DNA of 64,000 nucleotides from Bacteroidia bacterium (GCA_020845635.1 JADLFI010000034.1:18863-82862), one strand, 5' to 3'. Counted from the first letter of the stretch, positions 1 through 10,416 are shown. Program-made: numbers and translations. Notes: a model not told the origin generated them from the sequence alone.

Positions 1-4
1 TTTT

Positions 5-355
5 ATGAAAAGTGTCAACAATGTTTTACTGACACTCATTTACCGAAAAGCAAAAGCTTTTATATATCCTTCTTTGTATGAAGGCTTTGGAATTCCAATA
101 TTAGAAGCTATTGCGTCAAAAGTACCGGTAATTACTTCACGAGGTGGATGTTTTCCTGAAGTGGGTGGGCCCGGAAGTATTTACGTTGATCCCCAAAATG
201 AAGAGGAACTGGGAGAAGCTATAAAATTGGTATTGGGTAATGAATCGAAAAGACAGCAGATGATAGAAATTGGCTATCAACATGCACAAAAATTCCGCCC
301 TCAGGTTTGTGCAGGTAATATGTACAATCTTTACAAATCACTAGGAAGCTATTAA
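5..355 (+). CDS. Glycosyltransferase family 1 (GT4-type), C-terminal fragment; 5' end lies outside the window
   Basis: The ORF runs from the window edge. It carries the motif EGFGIPILEAIASKVPVITS...GGCFPEVGG typical of GT1 C-terminal donor-binding domains. Its stop is 3 nt before the next start, which is operon-like. Confidence 0.6.
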   Translation: MKSVNNVLLTLIYRKAKAFIYPSLYEGFGIPILEAIASKVPVITSRGGCFPEVGGPGSIYVDPQNEEELGEAIKLVLGNESKRQQMIEIGYQHAQKFRPQVCAGNMYNLYKSLGSY

Positions 356-357
356 TA

Positions 358-1779
358 ATGAATTGTTTGAATATAATTAGCCACCCTATATTTGAAGTAA
401 TTGCCAAAGCCGCTGAAGAGTTGAAATTACCTTGTTATGTGGTAGGGGGTTATGTTCGCGACAGTATTATGTATCGTGAGTGCAAAGATATTGATTTTGT
501 TGTGGTTGGTGATGGAACAGCACTTGCACGAAAAGCAGCAAACATGCTTGACGAAAAAATAAAGGTGAATATTTTTAAGGCTTACGGAACGGCTATGTTT
601 CGCTATAATGATTTAGACCTGGAATTTGTTGGTGCTCGTAAAGAATCGTATCAGCAACATTCACGCAATCCGGAGGTAACTAACGGAACTCTGCAAGATG
701 ACCAAAACAGAAGAGATTTCACCATTAATGCCTTGGCCATAAGCTTAAATAAAAATGATTATGGTACATTGGTAGATCCATTTAATGGGATAGAAATGAT
801 AAAAAAGAAAATAATTGTAACTCCTTTGAACCCCGATATTACCTTTAGTGATGACCCCTTGCGAATGATGCGTGCCATCAGGTTTGCCACACAACTAAAT
901 TTTAGTATTGACCCAACCTGCCTGGAGGCCATTAAGAGTAATAAAAACAGAATAAGTATAGTTTCAAAAGAAAGAGTAACTGATGAGTTGAATAAAATTA
1001 TTGCTTCACCTATACCGTCAGTAGGTTTTAAGTTGCTGTTTGATACGGGGCTGCTGAAATTAATATTTCCGCTTATGGCTAATTTACAGGGAGTTGAGAT
1101 AATTAAAGGGAAAGCACATAAAGATAATTTTTATCATACCCTTGAGGTGCTCGACAATATAAGCTTAAAAACAAATAATTTATGGTTACGTTGGGCGGCT
1201 ATTTTGCATGATATTGCCAAACCTCACACCAAGAAATTTAACCAAGAAGGGGGCTGGACTTTTCATGGTCATGAGGATAAAGGAGCTCGTATGATTCCGA
1301 AAATTTTTAACGAGTTAAAACTACCCTTACATGATAAGATGCGATATGTTCAAAAACTGGTATTGTTACATTTAAGACCTATAGTACTGTCACAAGAGCA
1401 AATTACAGATAGCGCAGTACGTAGATTATTATTTGAAGCCGGTGATGATATTGATGATTTGATGATGCTTTGCGAGGCTGATATTACCACTAAAAACGAA
1501 GATAAAAAGAAAAAACACCTGGCAAATTTTGAATTAGTTAAAGTAAAACTTAAAGAGATTGAGGAGAAAGATCATATTAGAAACTGGCAACCTCCTATAA
1601 GTGGCGAAGATATTATGGAAATATATGGTTTGAAGCCATGTAAAGAAATTGGAATCATCAAAAATGCCATTCGTGAGGCTATATTGGAAGGAGAGATTCC
1701 CAATACTCGTCAAGATGCAATGAATTTTATGATAGGATTTGCACAAAACATAAATTTACATCCTCTAAAACAGAAGTAA
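358..1779 (+). CDS. tRNA nucleotidyltransferase (CCA-adding enzyme) / poly(A) polymerase head domain plus HD domain protein
   Basis: N-terminal GGYVRD...DIDFVV matches the PolyA_pol head domain. The central HDIAKP and C-terminal HD-type motifs are present. The 473 aa length is typical. Confidence 0.65.
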   Translation: MNCLNIISHPIFEVIAKAAEELKLPCYVVGGYVRDSIMYRECKDIDFVVVGDGTALARKAANMLDEKIKVNIFKAYGTAMFRYNDLDLEFVGARKESYQQHSRNPEVTNGTLQDDQNRRDFTINALAISLNKNDYGTLVDPFNGIEMIKKKIIVTPLNPDITFSDDPLRMMRAIRFATQLNFSIDPTCLEAIKSNKNRISIVSKERVTDELNKIIASPIPSVGFKLLFDTGLLKLIFPLMANLQGVEIIKGKAHKDNFYHTLEVLDNISLKTNNLWLRWAAILHDIAKPHTKKFNQEGGWTFHGHEDKGARMIPKIFNELKLPLHDKMRYVQKLVLLHLRPIVLSQEQITDSAVRRLLFEAGDDIDDLMMLCEADITTKNEDKKKKHLANFELVKVKLKEIEEKDHIRNWQPPISGEDIMEIYGLKPCKEIGIIKNAIREAILEGEIPNTRQDAMNFMIGFAQNINLHPLKQK

Positions 1780-1861
1780 TTCGCAATTATGGTTAGTGAA
1801 GTATTATGCAATACTTTTTGTTTATCAAAAAAAACTACTTTTACTTTATTAAATACTTATT

Positions 1862-3187
1862 ATGAAACAAAAAACCAGCCTTAGTTTTTGGCAAATATTC
1901 AATATGAGTTTTGGTTTTCTAGGTATTCAATTTGGATTTGCATTGCAGAATGCCAATGTGAGTAGAATATTCCAAACCTTAGGAGCCAAAATTGAAGATA
2001 TTCCTATATTGTGGATAGCAGCTCCGGTAACAGGTTTTTTGGTTCAGCCAATTATTGGATATATTAGTGATAAAACTTGGCATCCTAAATGGGGGAGGAG
2101 AAGACCTTTCTTTTTTTTAGGTGCGGTATTATCGAGTATAGCTCTTTTTTTAATGCCAAATTCAGCAGCCTTATGGATGGCAGCTTTATTATTATGGTTA
2201 CTTGATGCGTCAATTAATATCAGTATGGAGCCATTTAGAGCTTTTGTTGGAGATAAACTAAACGAGCAACAGCAAACAACAGGCTATGCCATGCAAACCT
2301 TTTTTATTGGTGTTGGAGCTGTAGTAGCCTCTTTGTTACCTTTTATTTTTACTAACTTTTTCGGGTTTAGCAATACAGCACCCGAAGGTATTATTCCCGA
2401 TTCGGTAAAGTATTCTTTTTATTTAGGGGCTGTGGTGTTCTTTTTATCAGTGTTGTGGACTATTGTGTCTAGCACTGAAAATCCGCCATCAGATTTGAAA
2501 CAATGGGAGTTGGAGAAAAAAAATACTAAAGGTGTTTTGAACGGAATTACTGAAATTGTTAGCGGTATTTTTTCTATGCCTCGTGTAATGGTTCAGTTAG
2601 CCTTGGTGCAATTTTTTACTTGGTTAGCCTTATTTGCCATGTGGATTTATACTACTGCAGGTATAGCCCAAAATGTGTTTGATACTACCGATACCACTTC
2701 TAAAAGTTTTCAGGATGCTGGAGATTGGGTAGGAGTAATGTTTACCGTTTATAATGGAATATCGGCTATTGTGGCTTTTTTACTGCCTGTATTGGCCAAT
2801 AAAATAGGAAAAAAATACACTCATTTAATTTGCTTAATAATAGGAGGTTTTGGATTAATATCCTTATTTTTTATTCATGATAAAAACACGTTGTTGCTTC
2901 CAATGATTGGGGTAGGCTTAGCATGGGCTTCCACCTTAACTATGCCATACTCTATATTGGCCGGTGTTTTGCCCGAAAGCAAAATGGGATTCTACATGGG
3001 GGTTTTCAATTTCTTTATTGTCATTCCACAAATAGTAGCTGCTGCTATTTTAGGCTTTTGTGTGCAGCATTTCTTTCATCATGAAAGTATTTATGCTTTG
3101 GTTACAGGCGGCTTATCTATGATTATTGCAGGATTATTATGTGTTGTAATTGATGAAAAGAAAAAAACATTGCAAATTAATCATTGA
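1862..3187 (+). CDS. MFS-type sugar transporter (12 predicted TM segments)
   Basis: The translation is highly hydrophobic with multiple TM helices and resembles glycoside/sucrose-type MFS permeases. It is convergent with a GH20 hexosaminidase. Confidence 0.65.
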   Translation: MKQKTSLSFWQIFNMSFGFLGIQFGFALQNANVSRIFQTLGAKIEDIPILWIAAPVTGFLVQPIIGYISDKTWHPKWGRRRPFFFLGAVLSSIALFLMPNSAALWMAALLLWLLDASINISMEPFRAFVGDKLNEQQQTTGYAMQTFFIGVGAVVASLLPFIFTNFFGFSNTAPEGIIPDSVKYSFYLGAVVFFLSVLWTIVSSTENPPSDLKQWELEKKNTKGVLNGITEIVSGIFSMPRVMVQLALVQFFTWLALFAMWIYTTAGIAQNVFDTTDTTSKSFQDAGDWVGVMFTVYNGISAIVAFLLPVLANKIGKKYTHLICLIIGGFGLISLFFIHDKNTLLLPMIGVGLAWASTLTMPYSILAGVLPESKMGFYMGVFNFFIVIPQIVAAAILGFCVQHFFHHESIYALVTGGLSMIIAGLLCVVIDEKKKTLQINH

Positions 3188-5467
3188 TTAATCTGCCTGA
3201 ATTTCATCAACAAATAACCATGCATTGTTTCCGGCACCGTTACGGCCTTCCGGAATAACAGGAGCACATTGGGCTATTATTTTTACAAATCTTACTTTTT
3301 GCTTGTCAATCTTAAATAGATAGTTATAGCGATTTAACTCTTGGCTTATTACAGGCTTGGTACTAACGGAAGTAAAGTCTTTCCCATTGCTCGAAATCAT
3401 TATTTCTACATAAGAAGGCAAATATATCCAGTCATCTTCATTCTTTAAGAAGCCTACGTTAATAGTATTAATTTCTGTATCATGAATTAAATCAATAACA
3501 GCATCCATATTCTTTCCACTCCAGGCTAACCACTCGCTGTTTATACGAGGAGAATGACCTAACAAACCATCTGTTAGATTACCTTTGTTGTAGTATTTGC
3601 TTGGCGGTTCAACAAAATTTACTTTTTTGCTTGTTGCCTTATTTTTAAAAAACTTAAAATTACAGTCCTTGCCTAATGCTTCGCCATTACGATAAAAAAA
3701 CGCTCTCCCTTGGGTTGATTGTGTGATACTGACAGGGTTAGTATATTTTTGCAAGGCAGCATTTTCTGATAATTGATAAACTATAGAATCGTTATGAGAA
3801 GTAATATTACGTTCAAACAAGATATTGTTCAGATATAAAGAGGCTTTTTCGGTACTATCAATTCTGATTTCATAATTGATATTGTAGATTGACTTTGAGT
3901 AGTTGATTCGATATAAATCTAAGAATTTAAAATGCCCCTGAATACGTTGTAAAAAGCCATTCAAATTTTTTTGCTCTGCGGGTGTCCAAAGCACTTCAGA
4001 AAGGGCTGCTATACGTGGAAATGCGGTGTATTCTACATGATTAAAATGAGGCAAATATTCAGCCCATACATTGCCTTGCGCTCCTAAAATATATTTCTTT
4101 TCCTCTTCTTTTAAAGCGTGTGGTATGGGATTATATTCATATACTTTTTCAAGTGGAGTATATCCGCCAAAGGCTACCGGCTCTTGTGTAGGATGTCCCT
4201 GATAGTGGTCAAAATAACAATATGCACCGGGAGTCATTACTGCATAGTGTTTTTCTTTTGCGGCAGCTATACCACCCTCTTCGCCACGCCAACTCATAAT
4301 TGCGGCATTAGAGGCAATTCCACCCTCCAATATTTCATCCCAACCAATCAATTTTTTATGATGTTTACTTAAAAAATTACTTATGTGTTTAATAAAGTAT
4401 GATTGTAATTCATGTTCATCTTTTAGCCCTTCACTTTTTATGAGAGCCTGGCAATGACTACAAGTTTTCCATCTGGTTTTAGGGCATTCATCACCACCTA
4501 TATGTATGTATTCGCCAGGGAAAAGAGCCATTACTTCGGTAAGAACATCTTCAAGAAAACGAAAGGTTTCAGGTTTAGGACAAAATACATCTTCAAAAAC
4601 TCCCCATTGTTTTTGAACTTCAAATGGACCTTCAGTACAAGCATAGTTAGGATAAGCAGCAAGCGCAGCCATAGCGTGGCCGGGCATTTCTATTTCAGGA
4701 ACAATTGTTACGTGTTTTGTTTGGGCATAGGCCACCACTTCTTTAATATCATCTTGTGTATAGAAGCCACCGTAATGCAGGGTGTCAAAGGTATGTTCAG
4801 AATAATGACCAACCATGCTTCCTTTTCGCCATCCACCTATTTCTGTTAGTTTCGGATATTTTTTTATTTCAATTCTCCAACCTTGGTCATCAGTTAAGTG
4901 CCAGTGAAATGTATTCATTTTATACATACTTATATAGTCAATGTAGCGCTTTACTTCTTCTTTGGTAAAGAAATGCCTACATACATCTAAATGCATACCT
5001 CGCCATTTAAAAGTAGCACTATCATTAATAAACAAACAGGGTATAGTACTTGAGTTTTGTTTATTATTCAACACAATTAATTGCTTTAAACTCTCAAATG
5101 CATTTTTTAAACCCTCGCCTAAAGCCTTTATTTTTATGGTATTTCCTTGAATATTGAGTTCATATTTTTCACTTTCAGAATTAATAGCTGTTATCTGTAT
5201 AGTGTTTTCATTCTGTTTTATTTTATTACTTGTTGTTAGTTTATAACCAAAGTAATTATTCAACCAGTCGTTAAAAAGAACAACCTCTTTTTGATTAGTA
5301 TTATGGATGTCATTTACCAGTACAATTTTTGTATTTTTATCAAATGTAAATTGTCCGTGCATAATGTTGATTGATGCAGGATATGGAATTATATTTACTT
5401 GCTGTGCTTTAAGCGAACAGGTAATAATTGTAATCAGGGCGATTGATTTTAATAACTTAATTACCAT
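3188..5467 (-). CDS. Beta-N-acetylhexosaminidase, glycoside hydrolase family 20, with N-terminal signal peptide and extra C-terminal beta-sandwich region
   Basis: The GH20 catalytic motif HIGGDE (YIHIGGDECPK) is present, along with a TIM-barrel-like central region and an N-terminal signal peptide. Length is 759 aa. Confidence 0.8.
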   Translation of the reverse strand: MVIKLLKSIALITIITCSLKAQQVNIIPYPASINIMHGQFTFDKNTKIVLVNDIHNTNQKEVVLFNDWLNNYFGYKLTTSNKIKQNENTIQITAINSESEKYELNIQGNTIKIKALGEGLKNAFESLKQLIVLNNKQNSSTIPCLFINDSATFKWRGMHLDVCRHFFTKEEVKRYIDYISMYKMNTFHWHLTDDQGWRIEIKKYPKLTEIGGWRKGSMVGHYSEHTFDTLHYGGFYTQDDIKEVVAYAQTKHVTIVPEIEMPGHAMAALAAYPNYACTEGPFEVQKQWGVFEDVFCPKPETFRFLEDVLTEVMALFPGEYIHIGGDECPKTRWKTCSHCQALIKSEGLKDEHELQSYFIKHISNFLSKHHKKLIGWDEILEGGIASNAAIMSWRGEEGGIAAAKEKHYAVMTPGAYCYFDHYQGHPTQEPVAFGGYTPLEKVYEYNPIPHALKEEEKKYILGAQGNVWAEYLPHFNHVEYTAFPRIAALSEVLWTPAEQKNLNGFLQRIQGHFKFLDLYRINYSKSIYNINYEIRIDSTEKASLYLNNILFERNITSHNDSIVYQLSENAALQKYTNPVSITQSTQGRAFFYRNGEALGKDCNFKFFKNKATSKKVNFVEPPSKYYNKGNLTDGLLGHSPRINSEWLAWSGKNMDAVIDLIHDTEINTINVGFLKNEDDWIYLPSYVEIMISSNGKDFTSVSTKPVISQELNRYNYLFKIDKQKVRFVKIIAQCAPVIPEGRNGAGNNAWLFVDEIQAD

Positions 5468-5705
5468 AATGACATTTTTTATGTTTTACTCAAAATTACA
5501 ATTTGAAGCATATAAATAAAAATAATAATATGAAGCCTTAAATTTCCTGATTTTTGTTGAATAAAGTGGAATAATAAAAAGAAAGGTTGTAAAGAAATAG
5601 TTGGAAAGGAACGAAACGACAAGATGTTAAAATGTGATAGGTTTTCATATAGTTATTATTCTGATATAAAAAACTAATAATTTAATAATCAATCGAATAA
5701 AAGTG

Positions 5706-5713
5706 ATAACTTT
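5706..5713 (+). promoter_or_regulatory. Candidate Bacteroidota sigma-A -7 box (TAACTTTG, consensus TAnnTTTG) about 25 nt upstream of the adhesin start codon
   Basis: Exact match to the TAnnTTTG motif in the expected position relative to the ATG at 5738. Confidence 0.3.
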
Positions 5714-5737
5714 GCAGCCTAATTTATTTATTTAATC

Positions 5738-8700
5738 ATGAAAAACAAATTATTATGCATAGCTATGCTTTTTATAGCTAATTTTTCAGTGGCTCAGTAT
5801 TGTACGCCTACCTATAGTTCAGGCTCAGGCTCAGGTGATTTTATACAATCGGTTAATTTTTTGACTATTAATAATACCACTAATGCCGATCCGGCACCAT
5901 ATTATACCTATTACAATTCGGGTTATACTGTTCCAACATTAACCATAGGAAGTACTTACTCCGGAACTATAACGGCCGGAACTTATGTTCCTATAAGTTC
6001 ATCCGAGACTTTTCATATTTGGATTGATTTTAACCAAGATGGAGATTTTTCTGATTCGGGTGAAGATATTGGAGAATACTACACCACCTTGGCCGGGCAA
6101 ATAGTAAATTTTTCGGTTACAGTTCCGGCTACAGCATTAACCGGACAAACCAGAATGCGTATTTTGACAGCCTTTAATGTTGCAAACACAAGCCCCTGTG
6201 GCGCCTTTGCATTTGGAGAGTGCGAAGATTATAATGTAAATATAAGCGGTGGCTCTTCTATGTATTGTATTCCTACTTATTCAGTAGGGACCTCATCGGG
6301 CGATTATATTCAACAAATTCAATTAGCGGGTGTAACAGCAGTAACTGGTCCTAATAGTTCGGCACCTTATTATAGCGATTATACTTCAAATACTGCCTGG
6401 CAACCAATTCTTATTCCGGGGAATAATTATGTACTAAACATAACTTCAGGAACTTATAGTAATGATAATTACGCAGCTTGGATAGATTACAATAATGATG
6501 GCGATTTTAATGATGCCAATGAATATTTGGGTTTGGTAAGTTCTACCTTAGCTAACCAAACGCTAAGTCTTGCTTTTGTTGTTCCTTCAGGACTCACTAC
6601 CGGAAATTTAATCATGCGAGTAAGATGTTCATATTCTACAAACCCTATGGATCCGTGTGCAGCCTATACTTATGGTGAAACAGAAGACTATACGGTGAAA
6701 ATTCAAAGCAACACTGCTGTTTATTGTATTCCAAATCCATCAAGCGGAACAACCGGGGGCGACTATATTAACGGTGTTTCGTTAGGGACTATTAATAACC
6801 AAAATACAGGCTCAACTACCGGACCTAATTATAATGATTACACCTATTTGTCAACAGCTCTAAGCACTAATACTTCCTATGTAATAAATATTCAGTCCGG
6901 TTCATATTCTACAGATTATTATGCTGTATGGATTGATTATAATCAAGATGGAGATTTTAATGACGCGGGTGAAAAACTAGGAGAAGTGCAAAGCTCATCA
7001 GGCTTTCAAAATCTTTCCATTAACTTTACGGTGCCCGGTACAGCTCTAACTGGTTCAACAACTATGCGGGTTAGATGTGTTTTTGGTACACCATCCATGG
7101 ATCCATGTACAAATTATACTTACGGAGAAACAGAAGATTATACCGTAAACATTAGCACAGGGGGTGGCACTGTTCCTTATTGCCAAACTAATTTGCATGG
7201 AGTAGGTTGTATCAGCAGCGATGCAATTGATGATGTTTATTTGTTAAATTCAACTTTAATGAATTTAGGCACAGGCTGCAACGGACTTGATGGTTTGGGT
7301 TATACTTTGTGGCCAGCTTCCGGAAGTACTACCGGTACTTTACTTCGTAATCAAACATACATATTAGGTGTAACCACAACCAGCCAGAATATAATATCTG
7401 CATGGTTTGATTGGAATGGTGATGGTACTTTTTCTTCTAGTGAATGGTATCAGGTAGCAACAAGTTCAACTCCTAACACTACTAGTCAAATCAACATTAC
7501 TGTTCCAAACAATGCAGTAATAGGACAAACCAGAATGAGGGTACGAAGCCGTCTTGCCGGAAACAACAATGGCCCGACTGATCCTTGTACGCTTTTTTTA
7601 AGTGGAGAAACAGAAGATTATACAATAACCATTAGCAATGCTACATGCATACCTCCGGTTGCCTATTTTGGGGGTGAATATATTTCTGGAGTAACTTTTA
7701 ATTTTTATGATTATTCAGCTAACTTCCCAACATCTTGGAGTTGGAGTTTTCAAGGAGCTACACCTTCAACAAGTACATTGCAGGACCCAACCGGAATTTC
7801 GTATAATGTAAATGGAGGTTGTTATGATGTAACTCTTACAGTAACTAACGCTTGCGGTTCAAATACTTTTACTCGTCCTTGCTACGTTAATGTGGGCGCC
7901 ACAACAGCTTGTGACGAATTGTTTTTTAGCGAGTATATAGAAGGAACAGGTTCCAATAAAGCATTAGAGATTTATAATGCTTCTTCAACCGCTAAGAACT
8001 TAAGCGGATACTCAGTTCAAACCTATTCGAATGGCAGTCCCACTGCCACTTATTCTTTAAACCTTTCCGGTACTATTGCCTCGCACGATGTTTATGTAAT
8101 TACAAATGCAGGCGCTAGCCTCAGTGGTATTATAAATAATTCAGATGTTACTTCTAATGTTACTTTCTTTGATGGAAATGATGCAATTGTTTTGAAAAAG
8201 AATGGTATTGTCATTGATAAAATAGGAAATTTAGGGGAAGATCCCGGATTCGCCTGGCAAGTAGGCTCCGGCTCAACAGCCGAATTTACCTTAGTGAGAA
8301 AAAACACTGTTGACCGACCAAACACTTATTGGCCCGATGCTCAAAACGAATGGGATGTATTTGCCCAAAACACAACTACATATTTAGGATCACATAGTAG
8401 TATATGTGGTACAGGTGCTGCACCTGTTGCCAATTTTATTGGAAACCCATTAAATATTACCGTTGGCCAAACCGTTAATTTTACAGATTTATCATCTAAC
8501 TCACCTACCTCATGGACATGGCAATTTTCGGGAGGTGTACCGGCTACAAGTACAGTACAAAATCCAACTAATATTCAATACAACACCCCGGGTTGTTATC
8601 AAGTAACGCTGTCAGTTGCCAATGCTTTTGGTAATGATAGCAAAACAGTAACCTGCTATGTAAATGTTTCATCGGCCATATTACCTCCTGTGGCTGCATT

Positions 8701-10351
8701 CACCGCCAATACTTTCAATATTACTACCGGACAAACAGTAAATTTTACTGATTTATCAACTAATTCGCCAAGTTCATGGAGTTGGAGTTTTCAAGGTGCC
8801 ACACCGGCAACAAGCACTTTACAACATCCTTCCAATATACAGTACAATACTCCCGGATGTTATCAAGTAACCTTAACAGCGAGCAACTCGGCCGGTAGTG
8901 ATACTGAGACTCAAACATGTTATATTAACGTAGTTAATCAGGGCTCTGGTCCTCTGGCTAATTTTACAGCATCAAACACAGCCATTTGTGTTGGCTCATG
9001 TATTAGCTTTACCGATGCAAGCTCAAATAATCCAACAGCATGGAATTGGTCATTCCCTGGCGCCTCTGTAACATCAAGTATAGTGCAAAATCCAAGTAAT
9101 ATATGCTACAACACCCCCGGAACATACAACGTTAGTTTAACAGCCATAAATGCAAATGGCAGTAATACCTTAACTTTAAATGGATATATTACAGTATATG
9201 ACATGCCTATTGCCAATGCAGGCGCTAATCAAACTATTTGCTTAGGGAGTTCAGTACAACTAAACGCCTCAGGTGGACAAAGTTATTCATGGTCACCGGC
9301 TACCGGTTTAAGCAGCACTACAATTGCCAATCCTATCGCATCACCCAGTACCACTACAACATATACCGTTCAGGTAACTAATGGAACTTGCTCCTCAATA
9401 GCATCGGTTGTTGTTACTGTTAATACTCTTAATATTGATGCAGGAAACGATGTAACTATCTGTTCCGGTGCTTCTACACAACTTAATGCCACCGGAGGTA
9501 TCACTTATTCATGGAGTCCGGTTATAGGTTTGAACAACCCAAATATATCCAATCCTTTAGCTTTCCCGTCTTCAACAACCACTTATACTGTAACAGCTAC
9601 TTCCAACGGCTGTACAGCCACCGATCAGGTTACGGTAACAGTAGCCTCACCAACCATTTCGGCCGGGCCTGATTTGGAAATTTGTGAAGGACAAAGCGTA
9701 CAATTATCAGTAAATGGCGGTAGTAATTATTCATGGTCACCGGCTACCGGATTAGATAATCCAAATATTTCAAATCCAATTGCCTCACCAAATTCAACAA
9801 CCAGTTATACTGTAACCGGTACTGTTGCCGGTTGTTCGGCAAGTGATGTTATATTAGTTACTGTAAATGCTAATCCTACTGTACCTATTATCTCACCAAG
9901 CGGAATTGAAATTCAGTCAACCGTGGCAGATGCTTATCAATGGAATTTAAATGGTAATCCAATACCGGGTGCTACTTTACAAAGTTTGTTTCCCGATACT
10001 CCGGGCGACTATACGGTTACAGTATATAATTCCAATGGATGTTCAAGTACCAGTGCCCCATATACAGTAACTACCGTGGGATTAACTACGAAGAAATTAG
10101 ACAATACTTTGAGTATTTTCCCAAATCCTGTAGCCAATAATTGCTTAATTACAATTCAGGCCAATCAAAATGACGAAGCGGTAATATTGTTTTACAACAG
10201 TTTAGGTCAAATTGTTTTGGAACAGCCATTGAACCTGGTTAATGGAAAAAATTCAATAAACATAAATGTTGAGAATTTGGCCGCGGGAGTTTATAATATT
10301 AAACTTGTTGGTACACATATATCTGCTACTCAGCCACTAATAAAGAAATAA
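5738..10351 (+). CDS. Large secreted T9SS cargo adhesin. It has a signal peptide, 4x GEVED-type modules, a PKD domain, a lamin-tail-like (LTD) domain, 3x PKD domains, 3x SprB/CHU-like 75 aa repeats and a C-terminal T9SS sorting domain
   Basis: The protein is 1537 aa. The repeated module Cys-x-P...WIDxNxDGDF...GETEDYTV occurs four times. PKD-like segments (SWSWSFxGATPxTST...GCYxVTLT) occur four times. The repeat ANAGxxQTICxGxSxQLNAxGGxSYSWSPxxGL occurs three times. The C-terminus ...LSIFPNPVANNCLITIQ...GVYNIKL matches Por/T9SS C-terminal domains. Confidence 0.75.
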   Translation: MKNKLLCIAMLFIANFSVAQYCTPTYSSGSGSGDFIQSVNFLTINNTTNADPAPYYTYYNSGYTVPTLTIGSTYSGTITAGTYVPISSSETFHIWIDFNQDGDFSDSGEDIGEYYTTLAGQIVNFSVTVPATALTGQTRMRILTAFNVANTSPCGAFAFGECEDYNVNISGGSSMYCIPTYSVGTSSGDYIQQIQLAGVTAVTGPNSSAPYYSDYTSNTAWQPILIPGNNYVLNITSGTYSNDNYAAWIDYNNDGDFNDANEYLGLVSSTLANQTLSLAFVVPSGLTTGNLIMRVRCSYSTNPMDPCAAYTYGETEDYTVKIQSNTAVYCIPNPSSGTTGGDYINGVSLGTINNQNTGSTTGPNYNDYTYLSTALSTNTSYVINIQSGSYSTDYYAVWIDYNQDGDFNDAGEKLGEVQSSSGFQNLSINFTVPGTALTGSTTMRVRCVFGTPSMDPCTNYTYGETEDYTVNISTGGGTVPYCQTNLHGVGCISSDAIDDVYLLNSTLMNLGTGCNGLDGLGYTLWPASGSTTGTLLRNQTYILGVTTTSQNIISAWFDWNGDGTFSSSEWYQVATSSTPNTTSQINITVPNNAVIGQTRMRVRSRLAGNNNGPTDPCTLFLSGETEDYTITISNATCIPPVAYFGGEYISGVTFNFYDYSANFPTSWSWSFQGATPSTSTLQDPTGISYNVNGGCYDVTLTVTNACGSNTFTRPCYVNVGATTACDELFFSEYIEGTGSNKALEIYNASSTAKNLSGYSVQTYSNGSPTATYSLNLSGTIASHDVYVITNAGASLSGIINNSDVTSNVTFFDGNDAIVLKKNGIVIDKIGNLGEDPGFAWQVGSGSTAEFTLVRKNTVDRPNTYWPDAQNEWDVFAQNTTTYLGSHSSICGTGAAPVANFIGNPLNITVGQTVNFTDLSSNSPTSWTWQFSGGVPATSTVQNPTNIQYNTPGCYQVTLSVANAFGNDSKTVTCYVNVSSAILPPVAAFTANTFNITTGQTVNFTDLSTNSPSSWSWSFQGATPATSTLQHPSNIQYNTPGCYQVTLTASNSAGSDTETQTCYINVVNQGSGPLANFTASNTAICVGSCISFTDASSNNPTAWNWSFPGASVTSSIVQNPSNICYNTPGTYNVSLTAINANGSNTLTLNGYITVYDMPIANAGANQTICLGSSVQLNASGGQSYSWSPATGLSSTTIANPIASPSTTTTYTVQVTNGTCSSIASVVVTVNTLNIDAGNDVTICSGASTQLNATGGITYSWSPVIGLNNPNISNPLAFPSSTTTYTVTATSNGCTATDQVTVTVASPTISAGPDLEICEGQSVQLSVNGGSNYSWSPATGLDNPNISNPIASPNSTTSYTVTGTVAGCSASDVILVTVNANPTVPIISPSGIEIQSTVADAYQWNLNGNPIPGATLQSLFPDTPGDYTVTVYNSNGCSSTSAPYTVTTVGLTTKKLDNTLSIFPNPVANNCLITIQANQNDEAVILFYNSLGQIVLEQPLNLVNGKNSININVENLAAGVYNIKLVGTHISATQPLIKK
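9203..9870 (+). repeat. Three tandem in-frame repeats of about 225 nt (75 aa) inside the adhesin gene, with shared identical 23-nt cores (tattcatggtcaccggctaccgg)
   Basis: Repeats 1 and 3 share an identical 23-mer at 9284-9306 and 9728-9750. The protein-level repeat is ANAG..QTIC.G.S.QLNA.GG.SYSWSP. Confidence 0.7.
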
Positions 10352-10364
10352 ACTCTATAGAGTA

Positions 10365-10416
10365 TTTTAAAAACAATAGCCCCCAATATTTAAATATTGG
10401 GGGCTATTGTTTTTAT
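10365..10416. terminator. Bidirectional rho-independent terminator between the convergent adhesin and pspC-domain genes
   Basis: A perfect palindrome caatagcccccaatattt/aaatattgggggctattg spans 10374-10409. It is flanked by tttttaaaa on one side and tttttat on the other. Confidence 0.6.

Noticed and set aside
4118-5150. Several 60-130 aa plus-strand ORFs (4118-4372, 4454-4849, 4756-4968, 4962-5150) inside the GH20 hexosaminidase gene
   Set aside because: They are antisense to a strongly supported 759 aa GH20 gene. Their translations are low-complexity and lack motifs, so they are spurious overlapping frames.
9203-9870. Regular ~225 nt tandem repeats, considered as a possible CRISPR or other non-coding array
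   Set aside because: The repeats are in-frame within a continuous 1537 aa ORF and encode a recurring protein domain. The intervening segments are homologous rather than unique spacers. No cas genes are present.
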